Shown: positions 24,008 to 42,600, numbered from the stretch's first letter. The stretch: DNA of 64,000 nucleotides from Azolla caroliniana (GCA_043228905.1 JBHGNT010000015.1:15252001-15316000), one strand, 5' to 3'. The notes: generated from the letters alone by a model not told the origin. Made by a program: numbers and translations.

Positions 24008-24500
24008 GGAGAGAGGGGAAGAAGAAGAAGCAAATTTGTTTTTGTTGCAACGGATTGGGCACAAAGACAAGTGTTAGAAATCCCTCGATTAGAGCTTCGT
24101 AACTAGATATAGCAAGTTAAAATTCGGTGGTCTGTACGAGAAGCAACGATAGAAATAAGGAATCTTGTATTGTCGACATCCACATACTCAACACACATTG
24201 CGGGTCTTCTATTGTCTTCATCATCTTTGACCTCTTCAATCGGGTGAGTTCCAGTTGTCTCTCTTGTTCATGGAAAATTGTTTTTATCCCGAATCGAAAT
24301 CACATCATGAATAATGGATATAAACATGAATTCCTTACAAATTGTGGGGGATATCGATATGGAAACAATTGATCCAGAAAAGAGTAATGTGATGGTTGAA
24401 TGTAATCGTGAAAGGGAAGACATTGAAAGCTCTAAGAGGTTTAAGGGCATTGAGGAAATTAATGAGAAAAAATTGGCATATGCCGAAGTAATACATGTAG

Positions 24501-26041
24501 TGTTGGTATAAAAGACCGACTCCTTCCACTTTGTATCCTAGTGTGTGAACACGTCCAAATAGTTAGGGCTTAATATATAAGCAATAACCTAACATTGTAA
24601 TATGTTTTCGTCTTGATCATTCTTGTATCGAGTGTCTCATATAGAGAGAAAACAGAGAATAACGAGAATCACCATTGAAGCTTAAAAGGACTTGTCTATC
24701 TACTCTTCTTGCTACATATTTGTGTATGTTGTTTGCTGTGCATAATCGGCAGGTCCTCATACATACTTCCGCACATATTCAAACACCATATCTCACAATT
24801 GGTATCAGAGTGTCTTGTTGTTTTGCGGCAACAAACAACAAAAAAAGTTGAAAGAGAAAAGACTAGGTTACTGAATCTTACTTCCATAAAGAACATGGCT
24901 TCAACATCTGGAACAAGAGTTGAGATCTGAAAGTTAGATGGATTTTTTTTTTCCCTATGGAAAGAGATGATGCAGGACGTGCTGATAATTTGAAGACAGA
25001 TCGAAGCCATTCGGCACAACGAAAAGCCTGCTTTGATGACAACCGAAGAGTAGAGATCAGTAGATGAAATCGTGCGTTCCACCATCCAAATGCATTTGGC
25101 CGAAAACGTCTACTTCAACATGGCTAAGGAGACAACACCTTTCTCGTTATGGGAGAAGTTGCAAGCGGTATACGAAAAGAAGTCCTCATCGAAACTCATA
25201 TTGATTCGACAACTATTCAATATGAAGATGAGAGAGTTGGATCCTGCAACCTCCGACATCAACACCTTCAGCCGGGTGTTGTTTGAACTCACCTCCCAAG
25301 GGATTAACTTTGAAGAAGAAGTTCAAGCCCTTGCCCTCCTATCGAGCTTGCTGGTGAGTTGGGAGGTATTTTGCACGACATTTGCCAATTATTAAACCTT
25401 TTGATCCTAAATCTAGATGAGATGATCGACCAAGTCCTCACCAAGGATATTTGGCAAAAAATGATGGGACTCACCATTGACGAATTGGCAAAAGCCCACC
25501 ACTCGACTGAGTCGATTGAAAGAACAAGTTGACAGAACTGGTTGGAATACCAATCAATCAAGAACGAGGGGAGACCGACAAAGGTCGAAGTCGAGAACAA
25601 ATTGATCAGGCAAATTTTGCACCCATTGCAGAAAAGACGGTCACAATGTTTCTGACTGCTGGTTGATCAAGAGAAAAGAGAGTGGTTGACAATCCGAGTG
25701 GAATCGAGGACGATCCGACTCGAACCACTCTCGAGTAGGAAACCAAGTCAATGTTGTTGACACCTGATCAGGAGAAACTCTCAACTTAGAGGACTCGATG
25801 ATCGGAGAAGTCCTCTATAGTGAGCAAGACACACACATGTGGTTACTGGACTTCGGTGCCACATTTCACGTGACCCCAACATCGAATGGTTCTCGAACTA
25901 TTCGGTCGGTGCCAGCGGCACAGTCTGGCTAGGCAGTGGGCAGGAATGCAAAATCGTTGGAGTAGGTCAAGTACCAATTCAATTGTCGAATGACAACACA
26001 ATTGTCTTGCACCAAGTCCGGCATGTGCCCACACTGAAAAG
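24501..26041 (+). mobile_element. Copia element A, 5' part (LTR 24501-24797, gag, protease), interrupted by B
   Basis: LTR bounded by tgttgg...caca, PBS tggtatcagag (tRNA-iMet) at 24800, UBN2-like gag LWEKLQAVYEKKSSSKLILIRQLFNMKM, and protease WLLDFGATFHVT...VRHVPTLK. Confidence 0.85.
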
Positions 26042-26283
26042 TGTTGGGAATTTGGTCGCTCTGGATAGGATCCAGATGAGGCAGATTGGACGAACCGAAG
26101 GAAGGAACCGGACCGGACGGATTCGATGTGAACCAGATCTAGGGACATATCTATAAATATGTTTCTAGTAAGCCTGTCATGGCTATTTGTAAATAGTCCT
26201 AAAGTCATATAAGTATAAATATGACTTAGGGCAATCACTTTACGAATAATGTGAGTATAGTGTATGTAGAGATATTGTTGTAT

Positions 26284-26315
<32 letters not shown>

Positions 26316-27528
26316 CGAGATACAAAAATATTTTCTGTTGTAACCACTGGTTGGCGAAGATATAGGGCTCGAGGTCATTGCCTCTGAGTCTCGCATTGCG
26401 TCCTCTCCTTATAGTGATAGTTGGAGTCAGTGGGCTCCCGTGGTTTTTACCTATTAGGGTTTTCCATGTTAACATCCCTTGTCTTCTCTGTTGTCTGTGT
26501 AAGCGTATTAATCTCCATTTCTGTTTAGATCTTCCATTGAGTGTTCAACTCGGTTATGGCCAAGCGTCTATTCTGCACAAACTGGTATCACAACGAACAA
26601 CAAATGGAAGAGTAATTTGGAAGCATGTTCAAGCTCACCGACTCCAACTACCCAGTGTGGAAGTCGAAGATGAGGGATATGTTAGTGGTTAAAGATCTCT
26701 GGTTGCCGGTGCAGTTTGGAGACAAGAAGCCAAACAATATCGATGCCACGATGTGGGAGGTGATGCACATGAAGATGACGGCATACATCCGGTGCTTCAA
26801 TGAAGAAAGCAAGGATCATGTGCTCTGGGAGAAAATCGGCACCATGCTGAAGAGTAAAAACGTCGTAAATTGGGTTTTGGTATTCTAGAAGTTAGTGAGA
26901 CTCTAGTACCAGAACGGATCCAACATGGCAGAGCACATGAATGCATTCCAAGGGCTCACAAATCAAACAACCTAGCTAGAAGTACCTCTAGCCGACGAGG
27001 TACTTGTGTTGCTCCTGCTCGGTTCCCTCTCGGATAGTTGGGAGACGCTAGTTGTCACCTTGGGCATCGTCAGGCCGGAAGGAAAGCAATTGTCCCTAGC
27101 AAGGGTAAAATCATGCTTGCTGGATGAAGAAGCTCGCCGGAAGGACCTAGAGTCCCGAACCGATCCGAAGGCCTTGGTCATGGAAGATGACCATAATCGG
27201 GGAAGAGGTCGGAATCGGCATCCCCAGAATTGGGACGAGGTTGAAGTCAAGGGGGAGGCCCACTTGCTTTTATTGTAGAAAGCCGGGGCACTTCTAGAAG
27301 AACTGCTGACACTTTTGGAAAGCCAAAGGGGAGCCAACATTCCGGAACTGAAGAAGGTTTTGGAAAGGAGAGGAACGTCGACGATCGAAATAAGTGAAGA
27401 AGAACTACTACTAATCACCAAGGAGAGTGAGATGCATCTTGTCAGTGATAAGACGACATGGGTGGTCGACTCTAGAGTGTCGCTGCATCTGACCCTCCAC
27501 CGGAAATGCTTCTCATGGTACAAAGCCG
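26042..27528 (+). mobile_element. Copia element B, 5' part (LTR 26042-26578, gag, start of protease), interrupted by C
   Basis: LTR starts tgttgggaat, PBS tggtatca at 26583, gag MFKLTDSNYPVWKSKM..., protease WVVDSRVSLHLT. Confidence 0.85.
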
Positions 27529-30450
27529 TGTTGAGCGAGCAAGCTCAACCAAATCCAGATCGGCTGAATAAGCCAGAGCCGGATCGGTATCCAGATGGCA
27601 TCCGGAAACAACCGGCCGGATAGGGAAGACAGATCAGAGAGCCGGATTCGAGTGCGAACCGGAAGCCTAGTAGTAGCCTAGACTACTAGGTAATCACTGT
27701 CTCGTAGTTAGTGTCAGTTGCTCGTATGAGCATTGAAGTACATAGTACTTTTGTTAGTCCTTTTGAGGACTTGTATAAATAGTGTTGTTTAGCACGTTGT
27801 ATGTATAGAGTTAAAGTGTGTTTTTATTATTTTTAATCTATGTTTATGTTCTGTTCTCTCTGTCTCTCCCGCGTATACTCTCTATGTATTAAGCTTCTCC
27901 ATTAAACCTTCATCTTATTCTATGTTGCTATTCGGTTGAGCCGGTTCTATCTAACGCTTCCACACGTTAACATTAACATGGTATCAAAGCACGAGGGTTG
28001 AGAACCTCTATAGCCGACAATTGCTTTCGTAGACGAACCCTAGAACCTGGTAACAACAGACAAAGAGAAGATATGGACAGAGGAATGGCGAGTTCACTTC
28101 CAACAGAGAAGCTCGACCAGAGTAACTACGCGTCCTGGTCATACAAGATGCACTAGTACCTGTTGGGGCATGGATATTGGAGCTTCGTGGAACGAACGAA
28201 CGAGGTAGTGCCGGAGCCGACACATTAGGACTTCCCGATATGGGAGCAAGGAGTGAGCCGAGTATTGTACTGCCTCACGTCTATGTGCACGACCAGATGT
28301 TTGGCTACATAAAGGATGAAAAAACGCGGAAGGAGGCCTGGGGAAATCTGAGGAAGATTTTTGCCATGAGTACCACAACCCGTAAGTTGTAGCTTCGGCA
28401 AGAGTTGAACAACATCCGACAAAGAGACATGTCGGTTACAGATTTGCACCACCAAGATAAAGGAGATTTGTGACGCACTCGGGTCCATCAATGTGACGGT
28501 GGATGAAGATGAGATGGTACAAATCTGCCTCGGTGGTCTAGCGCAAAGGTATGGGCCAATCTGGACAACGATCTGCACCCGAGAGAAGCCACCGACGTTC
28601 TTCAACTTGCAATCGATACTAATGATCGAAGAAAACCACGCTAGTGGGTCGATGGCCACTCAATCGAACGGCCGAATGATGTACATGGAGACAAATTGAC
28701 CCCATGGACGTGGTGGACGAAGTGGGTCGGCACGCAATGGAGGCGGCCGACAAGAGCAGGACCGGAGGCACAGAGGTAGTGCCGATAACAGTTCCGGACC
28801 CTCCACAAGCAGGGGGATTCAAAGAGGCGCCGGAAGCCGACATGGAATGCTGGTATTGTGGCAAGAAGGGCCACAGGGAAAGCGAGTGCTGGAAAAAGTG
28901 TGCCAATTCGGACAAATCCGGATCCGGGAAAACTGCAAAGCTCGCACTACGCAGAAGGCTTGGAGGGATCCAGAACTGGAAAACCACAAAGGGGCCAACC
29001 TTCGTGATGAAGCACAAGGCTAACTCGATGAAGAAGACTACTTCCAAATCGGAGGAAGTATAGTACGTTGATTCCGGAGCGTCCCACCACATGACGAGCC
29101 ATGAAGAGTGGTTCTCTTTTTTGGAAAAAACGGGGATTGTCGAAACCGGAGACGATACCCCTCACCCGATTGTGCATGTCGGAGAAGTCCCTTTAAGCCA
29201 TGTTGGACAAAAGGGGAAGTTGATGAACGTACTACACGTTCCAACTATCACAAAGAACCTGGTGTGGGTTGGACAAATCGTCGACCAGGGGATGCAGGTG
29301 CGGTTTACACACCTCGAGTGCCTCATCGAGGAAGAAGGCCGGATAATCGCGCAAGGGCGTAGGGAAGGGAGGATGTTCATCCTCAACACAAATGACATTG
29401 GCATCGCCATGTTGCCAAAGGACAGAAGATTGAATTAGACATCGATCTCTGGCATAAGCGGATCAGCCATGTCAATTATCAAAAGCTTCAAGACCTGCAA
29501 TCGAAACAAGTCGTTTTCGGTTTGCCGAAATTTAGTGGCCGGAAGGTCGAAATTTGTGAAGCCTGCCAACTCGGGAAGCAACACCAACTTCGATTCCCCA
29601 CTGAACGAAACCGGAGCTGTAACAAGCTCGACCTAATCCATTCGGATGTATGGGAACCATCACCGAACGTTAGTCTTGGCAAGAGTCGATACTTTGTCTC
29701 CTTCATCGACGACTACAACCGACACACGTGGATCTACCTCATCGAATGGAAGAGCGAAGTCTTCGAATCTTCCAGAACTTGCAAATCTTAGTTTAACGGG
29801 AAATGGAGAGGAAGGTCATGTGCTTGCGCTCGGATGGTGGAAAAGAATACTTTTCCGGCCAATTCAACAGTTATCTGCAACAAAATGGAATTCAGAGAGA
29901 ATTCAGCTACAGATACACACCGGAGCAAAACGATGTGGCCGAAAGGAAGAACCGGTTGATTGTCGACGCGGCAAGGGCAATGCTAGACGAGAAGAGCATG
30001 CCCCATTTCTACTGGGCTAAGGTGGTTCGGACAATCGTCTACATCCAAAACCGGATCAATGACAAGGTGTTAGTACACGAGTTGTATTTCGGGCGCAAGC
30101 CGAATTTGAGACACCTTCGGATATTTGGCAGCATAACATATGTGCATATACCGGATGAGAAGCAGAGGAAGCTTGATCCAAAGTCGGAGAAGTGCATCCT
30201 GGTCGGTTACTCGCATGAGCAGAAGGGGTATAAGTGCTACAACCCCCGAACGAAGTAGGTCAGAGTAAGCCAAGATGTTGAGTTCGACGAGATGGCATCG
30301 TGGTACTCCCTACAGACTCTGACTTTCGACTTTGACCCAATCCCGGAGGATGAGGCCAATGAGCCTGAACTAGTTCAGATAGAAGATGACGAGCTTGAGA
30401 GTCTAGAAGAGAGTCCGGAATCGTTTCAGTTGAGTGGACCGAACGAGCGA
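27529..30450 (+). mobile_element. Copia element C, 5' part (LTR 27529-27978, gag, PR, integrase), interrupted by D
   Basis: LTR bounded by tgttga...taaca, PBS tggtatcaaagc at 27979, knuckle CWYCGKKGHRESEC, DSGASHHMT, LRSDGGKEY, TPEQNDVAERKNR and KLDPKSEKCILVGY. Confidence 0.9.
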
Positions 30451-33228
30451 TGTTGGGAAATCGGTCCCTCCGGATGGGATCCAGCGAGGAATGAAGAGGA
30501 TCCAATGAGAACCGGGAGAGATCCAAAAACCGGAGGAGAGCCGATGAGAACTGGAAGAGAGCTAGTGAGAACCGGAAGAGAGACATATCTGTAAATATTT
30601 TTTGAGTAAGCCTATTGAGGATATATTTGTAAATAGCCCTAAGTTCATATAAGTATAAATATGACTTAGGGCAATCACTTTGTAATGTGATTGTCATATT
30701 GTTGTATGTGCATAACCACTGTATAGAGAGAGAGAGAGTAGTTATGAGCACTCTCTATTGTAACTACTATCTGGCGAAGATCATGAGCCTAAGGTCGTTG
30801 CATGTGTGCCTCCACTTAGTATTTTCTCTCATATAGTGATAGTTGGAGTCTGTGGGCTCCCGTGGTTTTTTCCTTATTAGGGGTTTCCACGTAAACATCC
30901 TGTGTCATTTCTGTGTACTCTCTCGTTCATTCCCATTTCTATGATTCAAGACTCGGTTGTGGCCAAGCGATATTCTGCGCTATTCTTAACAAACTGGTAT
31001 CAGAGCGAATAAGACAGGAAATGGAAGAGTCGTTCGGCGGTGTCGTGAAGATCCGTCACTAGGCGCGGATTGTGAGGTGGAACCGCCGGGGTTCTGGACC
31101 GGAAGGACTCGAAGTACGCTCTAGCTTTAGCGAGAAAGGATTTAAGATAGATTGAGAGAGAGAGATTGAGAGAGAGAGATTGAGATAAGATAGAACGCTT
31201 GACTTTAAATTGAGAGAGATTAAGATTGAACTCTTGACTTTAGATTTGAAGAATAAGATTGATATATCAATTGGATAACGAGTTTCTTACTTTTAATTTC
31301 TTGATTAATACCTCGCCCCCTTTGATCTTTTTCATCCACCCTTTTATAGATGATGCATATGATGCATGTGAGGGTACAAGACATGCATACAATGCATGGA
31401 ATGCATGTGATGCATGTTTGCCATTTGGCACTCATGCATCACATGTCACTCAATCAAGGTCTAATATGAGAATTTACATGTAAAGTTATAATGATAAAAA
31501 TATAATCCCTAAAGAAATGATTTGGCTTAATGGTAAGCCTATTGCTTGTTATCTTGAAGGTGCAGAGTTTAAGTCTTGCTTACATCTTTTTCTTTTATGC
31601 ACAAAATACTATTAGGCTTTTTGACCAAATATCTTTAAAACACCATGCACCGTGATTCGTCCAATTTGCATCCATTCAATTTTTCCCGGTTCGGTCGGCA
31701 TCCCGAGGTCACCGGATGCCGTTGCCGGATCCGTCCAAAACACATGGTTATATGCATTTGGCTAAATCCATTCATTAAGTCATACAACTTAACCTTTTTA
31801 TCCTCCACACATAGATACAAAGATAATAGCTTTTGCTCTTCCTTATATATGGTGAGATCCTTATTTGTCCTGTCTATGTGGGATATCTCACAATTTTTTA
31901 TTTTTTTATTTTTCTTTGCAAACCTCATACCCACATAACTTGACACTTAGATGTCCGTTTGTTATGTAGTAAAGTGCATTTGAAAGCTCTTGAAGACCTC
32001 CATCTTTTTGTACTAAGATATTAAACTGATTTAAAATAGTATTTTCACTATTATTGTTTTTTATGATTCATACTCGATTTCGTATGTTTTATGCGATTTT
32101 CACACCATTGCCGAAAATCTTCACAACAACAACATGTTCAAGCTCACCGGCTCCAACTACTCAGTGTGGAAGTCAAAGATGAGGGACATGATGGTGGTTA
32201 AAGATATTTGGTTGCCGATTCAGTTCGAGGACAAGAGATCGGATAAGATCAACGCCATAGTGTGGGAGGTGATGCACATGAAGACGACGACATACATCCG
32301 GTGTTTCATTGACATGAGCTTGTACAACAACTTCAATGAAGCGAGCAAGGCTCATGAACTCTTGGAGAAGATCGACATCATGTTCCAGAACAAGAATGTT
32401 GTCAATCGAGTTTCGGTATTTCAGAAGTTAGTGAGTCTCCGGTACCAAGATGGCTCTAGTATGGCGGAGCACATGAATGTCTTCCAGGGGCTAATACACC
32501 AAGCAACCTCGTTGGAAGTACCTCTCGCCGATGAGGTACTCGCATTGCTTCTGCTCGGTTCCCTCCTGGATAGCTGGGAGACGTTAGTTGTCCTGTTGGG
32601 CAATGTTGGGCCGGAAGGAAAGCAGTTGTCCCTAGCAAGGGTAAAATCAAGCTTGCTAGAAGGACCAGGAGACCGAAACCAATCCGATGGCCTTGGTCAC
32701 GGAAGTTGACCACAACCAGGGAAGAGGCCGGTATCGGAGTCCCCAAAACCGGGACAAGTCGGGGATGAGGTCGAAGTCAAGGGGGAGGCCCACATGCTTC
32801 TATTGTGGGAAGTCGGGACACTTCTAGAAGAATTGTCGGCACTTCCAGAAAGAGAAAGAAATCGGCACCACCGATTCAAAGAAGAGTTCAAATTGAAATA
32901 GTTCGGATCGGAGAGGCCCAGATTGGAAAGGAACGTAAGCAATCGTGACAAGTGAAGAAGAATTGATGCTCATTACCAAGGAGAATGAGTTAAACCTTGT
33001 CGGCGACGAGACAACGTGGGTTGTCGATTCCGGAGCGTCGTTCCACCTGACTCAGGACCGGAGATGCTTCTCATCCTACATAGCCGGTGATCATGGTTGT
33101 GTCCGAATGGGGAATGAAGGGACATGTCGAATTGTCGAAATAGAAGATGTGTTGTTGACAACACCAATCAGATGCAAGTTGTTATTGAAGGATGTTCGAC
33201 ACGTTCCGGAGGTTCGACTGAACCTAAT
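30451..33228 (+). mobile_element. Copia element D, 5' part (LTR 30451-30991, gag split by E, protease), interrupted by F
   Basis: PBS tggtatcagagc at 30995. Gag MEESFGG| resumes as MFKLTGSNY at 32134, followed by WVVDSGASFHLT...VRHVPEVRLNLI. Confidence 0.9.
31041..32128. mobile_element. Solo LTR E inserted in the first codons of D gag
   Basis: Inverted termini tgtcgtgaagat / atcttcacaaca, no coding capacity, splits an otherwise continuous gag. The TSD is degraded. Confidence 0.7.
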
Positions 33229-36619
<3,391 letters not shown>

Positions 36620-39600
36620 TGTTACCCGACCGACAAAGACCAGGGTGTGAAAAGGGGAATGGTTATTTAGGAATATGTTGAAATTACTAGTCTTAATATG
36701 TAGATTAATATATGAGAAGATGTGGACGGACAGACCGGAATTGGTATGCCGATCTGGATTCGGACCGATCCCGAAAAGGTGTTGGTTGGCACTGTTTTGT
36801 ACTTCGCACCGGTGACCTATATAAAGGTCCGGTTATAATGTAGTCATTAACGGAGAGTAATATAAACCTTTTGTTTAATCATTGAGAATTGTTCACCATT
36901 CTGTGCTTATTGTATATCTTACGCGTGTTAATGATGTATTGCTAAGTAACCGATTAAGGTCCAATTAAGCGTTGTGTCATAAGTTATCTCGCCGTAACAC
37001 CCTTTGGTGAAGTGTCTTGGACACCCTGTGTTAGGCTGTTATCCGGCCCTAAGGATTAACACAGTTGAGAGTATTGGAACAAAAAGAAACGCTATTTCAA
37101 GAAAAGGGGTCACCTATGGGAACCAGAGAAGGGCGCCTCAAGCAGCCAACCGGATCAAAGCCCCGCCGTTACCACAGGTCCTCCACCGGGAGCAGGAAAC
37201 AATGCCGAATCTAGCACCTCCCGGAAAGCATATTGCTACTATTGCCGACAAGAAGGACATTATAGTAATCAATGCCCGGCAAAGAGCTATGATAAACGAC
37301 CGGCGGTGAATATGGTAGTCGCCGAAGTCGCAGACCTGCAGCAGGTAACCACAAGATCGAAGGTTAAGGCGACAGAATGGGAGGCGCAAGAGGCCATCCG
37401 CAAACAGGCAACCGAATGGGTAAAAAAGGCGAATGCGCGAAAATGGCAGAGCTTGCGCAGCAAAAGGAAAATACCGAAGAGCTCACCGACGGCCGTCAGC
37501 CCGAAAATGCGACATGGCAGGCATTGCAGGAATGCCAAATCACGTTGCCATTAGGACGGCTCCTACAACTAGTGCCCAGATTCACAGAAGGACTCAAGAC
37601 AGGCATGACGGCAGGAGAAACACCACCGGCTCCAACATTCTTCTCAAATCCGGAGGAGGGACCGACGGTAGTAGACACAAACAGTCTGGCGATTACAACC
37701 ATCGTGAAGGGAAAGGAGTTACTCGGAACAGTAATAGATGGAGGATCCGGCGTCAATGTGATTAGCCTCCGAACGTGCAAAACCTTGGGAATCCAAGAGT
37801 GGGAACCATGCCCGTTCTGGCTGTGGATGGCGGATACAAGCTCAATGCGACCGACCGGCTTGATACGAGATTTGGATATAACGATCGACGGCCACACATT
37901 TCGCATCTCGGCAATAGTGCTACAACTACAGGCACAAGGAGCTTACCCACTATTGTTGGGGCGGCCGTGGTTGAAAACGACGCACATTAAACAAAACTGG
38001 AGGAAGAATATAATCACCTTCCGACGGGGAAAAGCAAAAGTACGGGTACCGACACAACCACGGACGGGTACCGGGAAGGAATTGACACCCCTATATGCCG
38101 AATGCGTCAATATGCTAGACGGATTAGCAGACAAAGAGGTAGATCAATACTTGCAGGATAATCCGAAGATCGTACCTCTGTTCGAAATCGACGTAGCCGA
38201 AGCCGTATCACCATACATACTGCCACCGGACGGAGCCGACGAGGAACCAAATAAAGAAGTGATCCGGGAGCTACGGCAAGCACAGGAGGCGCTGGAAAGA
38301 GAAATGGTTGTATCGCAACGGGTTAAAGCATCCCAACTAGAGGAGGTGAATCTAGGAACTACGGAAGAGGCGAGAGCGGTGCACATCGCCAAGGAAATGA
38401 CCGCGGAGAACAAAACGGAGATGATTACACTTCTCAAAGAATTTCTGGACGTGTTTGCCTGGTCTTGCGAGGATATGCGAGGGCTCGATCCTTAGCTATA
38501 TCAACATTAGATACATTTGAGCAAAGACGCCAAACCGGTAGCACAACGACGGTACCGGATGAATCCAAATTACGCCGCCAAAGTCAAGGAGGAAATCGAC
38601 AAGTTGCTGAGGGTTGGCTTTATCCGCCCAGTAAAGAAATCTACATGGCTGAGCCCGATAGTAGTTGTACCAAAGAAAAATAGCAAAATTAGAGTTTGTG
38701 TCGACTACCGTAAGCTTAACGCGACGACGATAATAGATGCATTCCCACTCCCATTTATGGATGGAGTTTTGGACACAGTCGCCGGCCATGAGGTATACAG
38801 TTTCTTAGACGGATTCAGCGGATACAACCAGATCTGGATGCACCCCGATGACCAGGAGAAAACGGCTTTCGTCACCGAATGGGGAGTGTTTGTTGCCGTA
38901 GTAATGATGTTTGGACTAAAAACGGCGTCGGCAACGTTCCAGAGGATCATCATGGAAATATTCGGAGAATTCATACCGGCATTCATGCAAGTGTTTCTGG
39001 ATGATTTCGCCGTCTATAGTCGGGAAGGAGATCACTTTCAACACCTCAAGCTATGTCTAGAGAAATGTCAGGCTTACTGGCTAAGCTTGAATCCGGCAAA
39101 GTGTGTATTCGGAGTGTCAAGCGGGGCGTTATTAGGACACATTGTGAGCAAGGAAGGAATTGCCGTGGACCCGGACAAAGTAAAAGCAATCTTGGAGGCA
39201 CCGACACCAACAACGGCCAAGGCATTATTTAAGCCGTTTCTTAGGCCAAATTCGGTGGCATAGCCGAATGCTCTGGTATCTGGCGGACCTGGCTACACCG
39301 CTGCATGCTGCGGTACACCGAACACCGTTCCAGTGGACCGACACCGAAGACAAGGCGTACCGGGCACTCAAAGTACTATTATCGCAAGCGCCGGTAGTGC
39401 AACCCCCGGATTGGGCTAAGGAGTTTCATGTGTTCGTGGATGTGTCCGACATTGCAATCGGAAGTGCGCTGATGCAACTTACGGAGCCAAGGTGGTATTG
39501 GCCCGTATATTACGCAAGCCGAAAGTTATCCCAAGCAGAACGAAATTATTCCACCATGGAAAGGGAAGGTTTGGGCATGATTTACAACGTGACAAAGTTC

Positions 39601-42600
39601 AGACATTATTTGCTAGGAAGGAAAATTTCCTTCCACGTAGATCATTCGGCACTCCTCTATTTAGTTTCCAAAGCGTCACTAACCGGCAAGTTGGCACGAT
39701 GGACGTTACTGTTGCAGGAATTTGAGTTCGAAATATTCCACCGACCCGGCATACAACATGTAGTAGCAGACTATTTGAGCCGGTTAGATTCCGACGAGAC
39801 TGGTGATTGAGTCCCGGACGAGTTTTCGGATGCTGAGCTATTTCGAGTCACCGCGGAAACGGCAACAGATGGAACGGTGGCACAAGAAGATAAGTGGCTG
39901 AAAAATATGCAACAATTTCTGAGCACCGGATTGCCTCCAGACGAGATGAAACGGGACGAGAGGAAACGCCTGGTGATACAAAGCCGACACTTTTGTTTAG
40001 TACGGGACATGCTATACCACAAAGGCACGGACAGTATATGGCGACGGGCGGTGCGCTGCGACGAGAAGGATATAATACTACGAGAAGCACACTGCGGAGT
40101 CGCCGGAGGCCATTACGCCGGAGATGCTATGGCAAGGAAGATATGACAAAGTGGCCTATGGTGGCCGACAACATTGAAAGATGCGGTCCGGTACGCTAAA
40201 GAATGCGATCTATGTCAGCAAATGGGCCAACCAACCGAACAAGCTAGGATGCCGCACCAGCCGGTACTGCCGTTACAACCATTTCAGAAATGGGGGCTGG
40301 ACTTTGTGGGTCCATTCAAACCACCGGCAATGAGAACCGGCAACCGGTATGTGATCGTAGCTACGGATTACTGCACGAAATGGGTAGAAGCCAAAGCCTT
40401 GCGCGACAACACCGCGGTGTCGACGGCGAAATTCTTGTATGAATACATCTGATGCAGGTATGGATGCCCGATCGAGCTAATAAGTGACCAAGGAGGGCAC
40501 TTCCCCGGCCAAGTGGTGGAAAGCTTGACGTCGTTCTATGCCGTGGTGCATAAATGGAGCACGCCATACTATCCGCAAGCAAACGGGTTAGCCGAGTCGA
40601 CGAACAAAACGCTACAGAATATCCTTCGGAAAATCGTCAATGAAAACCGGACAGACTGGGATACAAAATTGCACAATGCACTCTGGGCTTACCAGACAAC
40701 CTACAAAACAAGCATCCAAACCACACCGTTCCAGCTAGCATTCGGATTGGAGGTCGTCATGCTGGTAGAGTTCCAGGTCCCGAGCTTGCGGATTCAGATT
40801 AGGGAACGGTTAAACGAAAAGGAATAAAAGGCAATTCGGTTAGCAGCTCTGTGTGAACTAGAAGAACACCGACTAGCAAGTATCATGCACCTGGAACTGG
40901 AGCAGCGGCGAAGAAAGGCGTTTGTGGATCGCCACTGAAAAGGAAATGAAAAGATGTTTGGAATCGGCAAGCCGGTACTAGTGTTCCAGACCCGGATGGG
41001 AAAGATGCCGGGGAAACTACAGTTTCGGTGGACCGGACCGTACTGGATCACACACGAGTTCAATGGATTCTACCAGTTAGGGACACTTGCCGAAGAAGTC
41101 CTAGGTAAGTGGGTCAACGGATTTCGACTAAAGCCATACAAGGGACCCATGCCGAGGAACCCATTTGAACAAGGAAAGGCCGATGCCGAACCAGATACCG
41201 GAATACCGGAAACAACGGCAACTTGATTAGCAATCGGCAACAATGAAGCCGGTAAGGGGGACAAAGAGCTGGCACACGGGTTGGATAAGAGGATGGCAAA
41301 CCGTCACGAGGCCGGCAAGATTCCTCATTCGGGTAAGGGTCCGTTAGGACCGGAGATGAATTAACCTAACAATTGATAATCAAAAAATAAAAATAAAAAA
41401 ATAAAATCGAATCAAATCAAAGAAATCATGCAAAAGAGTGGTGGGAACGGCCATGCAAACGAGTAAAGAGGCGCCAAGATGCAGAGAGAAAACACCCCCC
41501 ACATTGAGACCTTCTTCTTTCGCGAACCAAGGAGCACGGACGCACACAAGCGCTTGAAGATCATCAGAAGAGAGCCAACACACACAGAGCTTCCTCATAC
41601 ACAACCCTCAGCGACGCTATCCGACCTCGACGCAAAAGACATGGACTGCCAGACTCTCTCGGAGGCCGCCAAGAAATGGTTACGACAACACGGATTGGAG
41701 GGGTTCCTCACAATCATGGATGCACCACCACACAAAGAAGTCGACAAGATCATCAAGGAAATTGACACCGAGCTGATCACGAAGGAAGAGATCCGTGCAC
41801 TAACAGGCCTTCCGGAGGGGGGCATCTATACTATTGACAACCCTACCTCCGAACGACTCATCAAATACTTCGGCGAATATTCTTTGGCCAGCAAGGGCTA
41901 CAGGACACAGGGCGGAGAAGATATGTTATTCCGAGAAATTGCCCATGTACTCCATGAGTTCGGCCACGTATACCTTCGACCCCCCGTTATGCCTCAGAAC
42001 TGAGCAAGCTTGATCATTGCAACATACGAAGGGGTCAAGGTGGATTGGCCGGTGCTGATCGCCGACGAATTGTGTGCGGCTATTGACACCGTAAGAGGTA
42101 AGGAAGCCAAAGAAGGCCGGAAAATATGGCATGTGGTGGCGCAATGGCTCACCCTATTGGCGCCACCTGTCGAGCCCGTCCAGACAAAGAAGTGGGGAAG
42201 AGTAACGGACGGCACACCGAAAGTTGCTTCAAAACGACAACAGTTGTTGGCCACCAAGACCACTAAGGGGAAGACAACCGACACAGAGTAGACCGGAACC
42301 GGTTCGAAAGGAACCGGTCTAAGAAGACCCTACACAACAGGCAATACCGGCAAGCCCCGAAACACAAGCGCCGGTAAGGCATGTGCCACCTTCCTCAGCC
42401 GGCCAAGAACAAGCCAAAACACAACCGAAACCCGAATGGCAAAGTGGTCAGCAGGCAGAGCAGGAAGTGCAGTTCGACGCAGTTAGGCGGGATCGGCCAC
42501 TAGCAAGTGAACCCATCAACCAACCCTCAGTGCAGATGCAACAACAGGGTACCGGCAGCCAATGGCTCCGGTGGATAGGAGAGCAGGTTGCCGGAGTGAT

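Noticed and set aside
24060-24500. Possible 5' end/ORF1 of another LINE hosting the LTR nest
   Set aside because: Only a 65-aa frame cut by LTR A; suggestive but no diagnostic motif.
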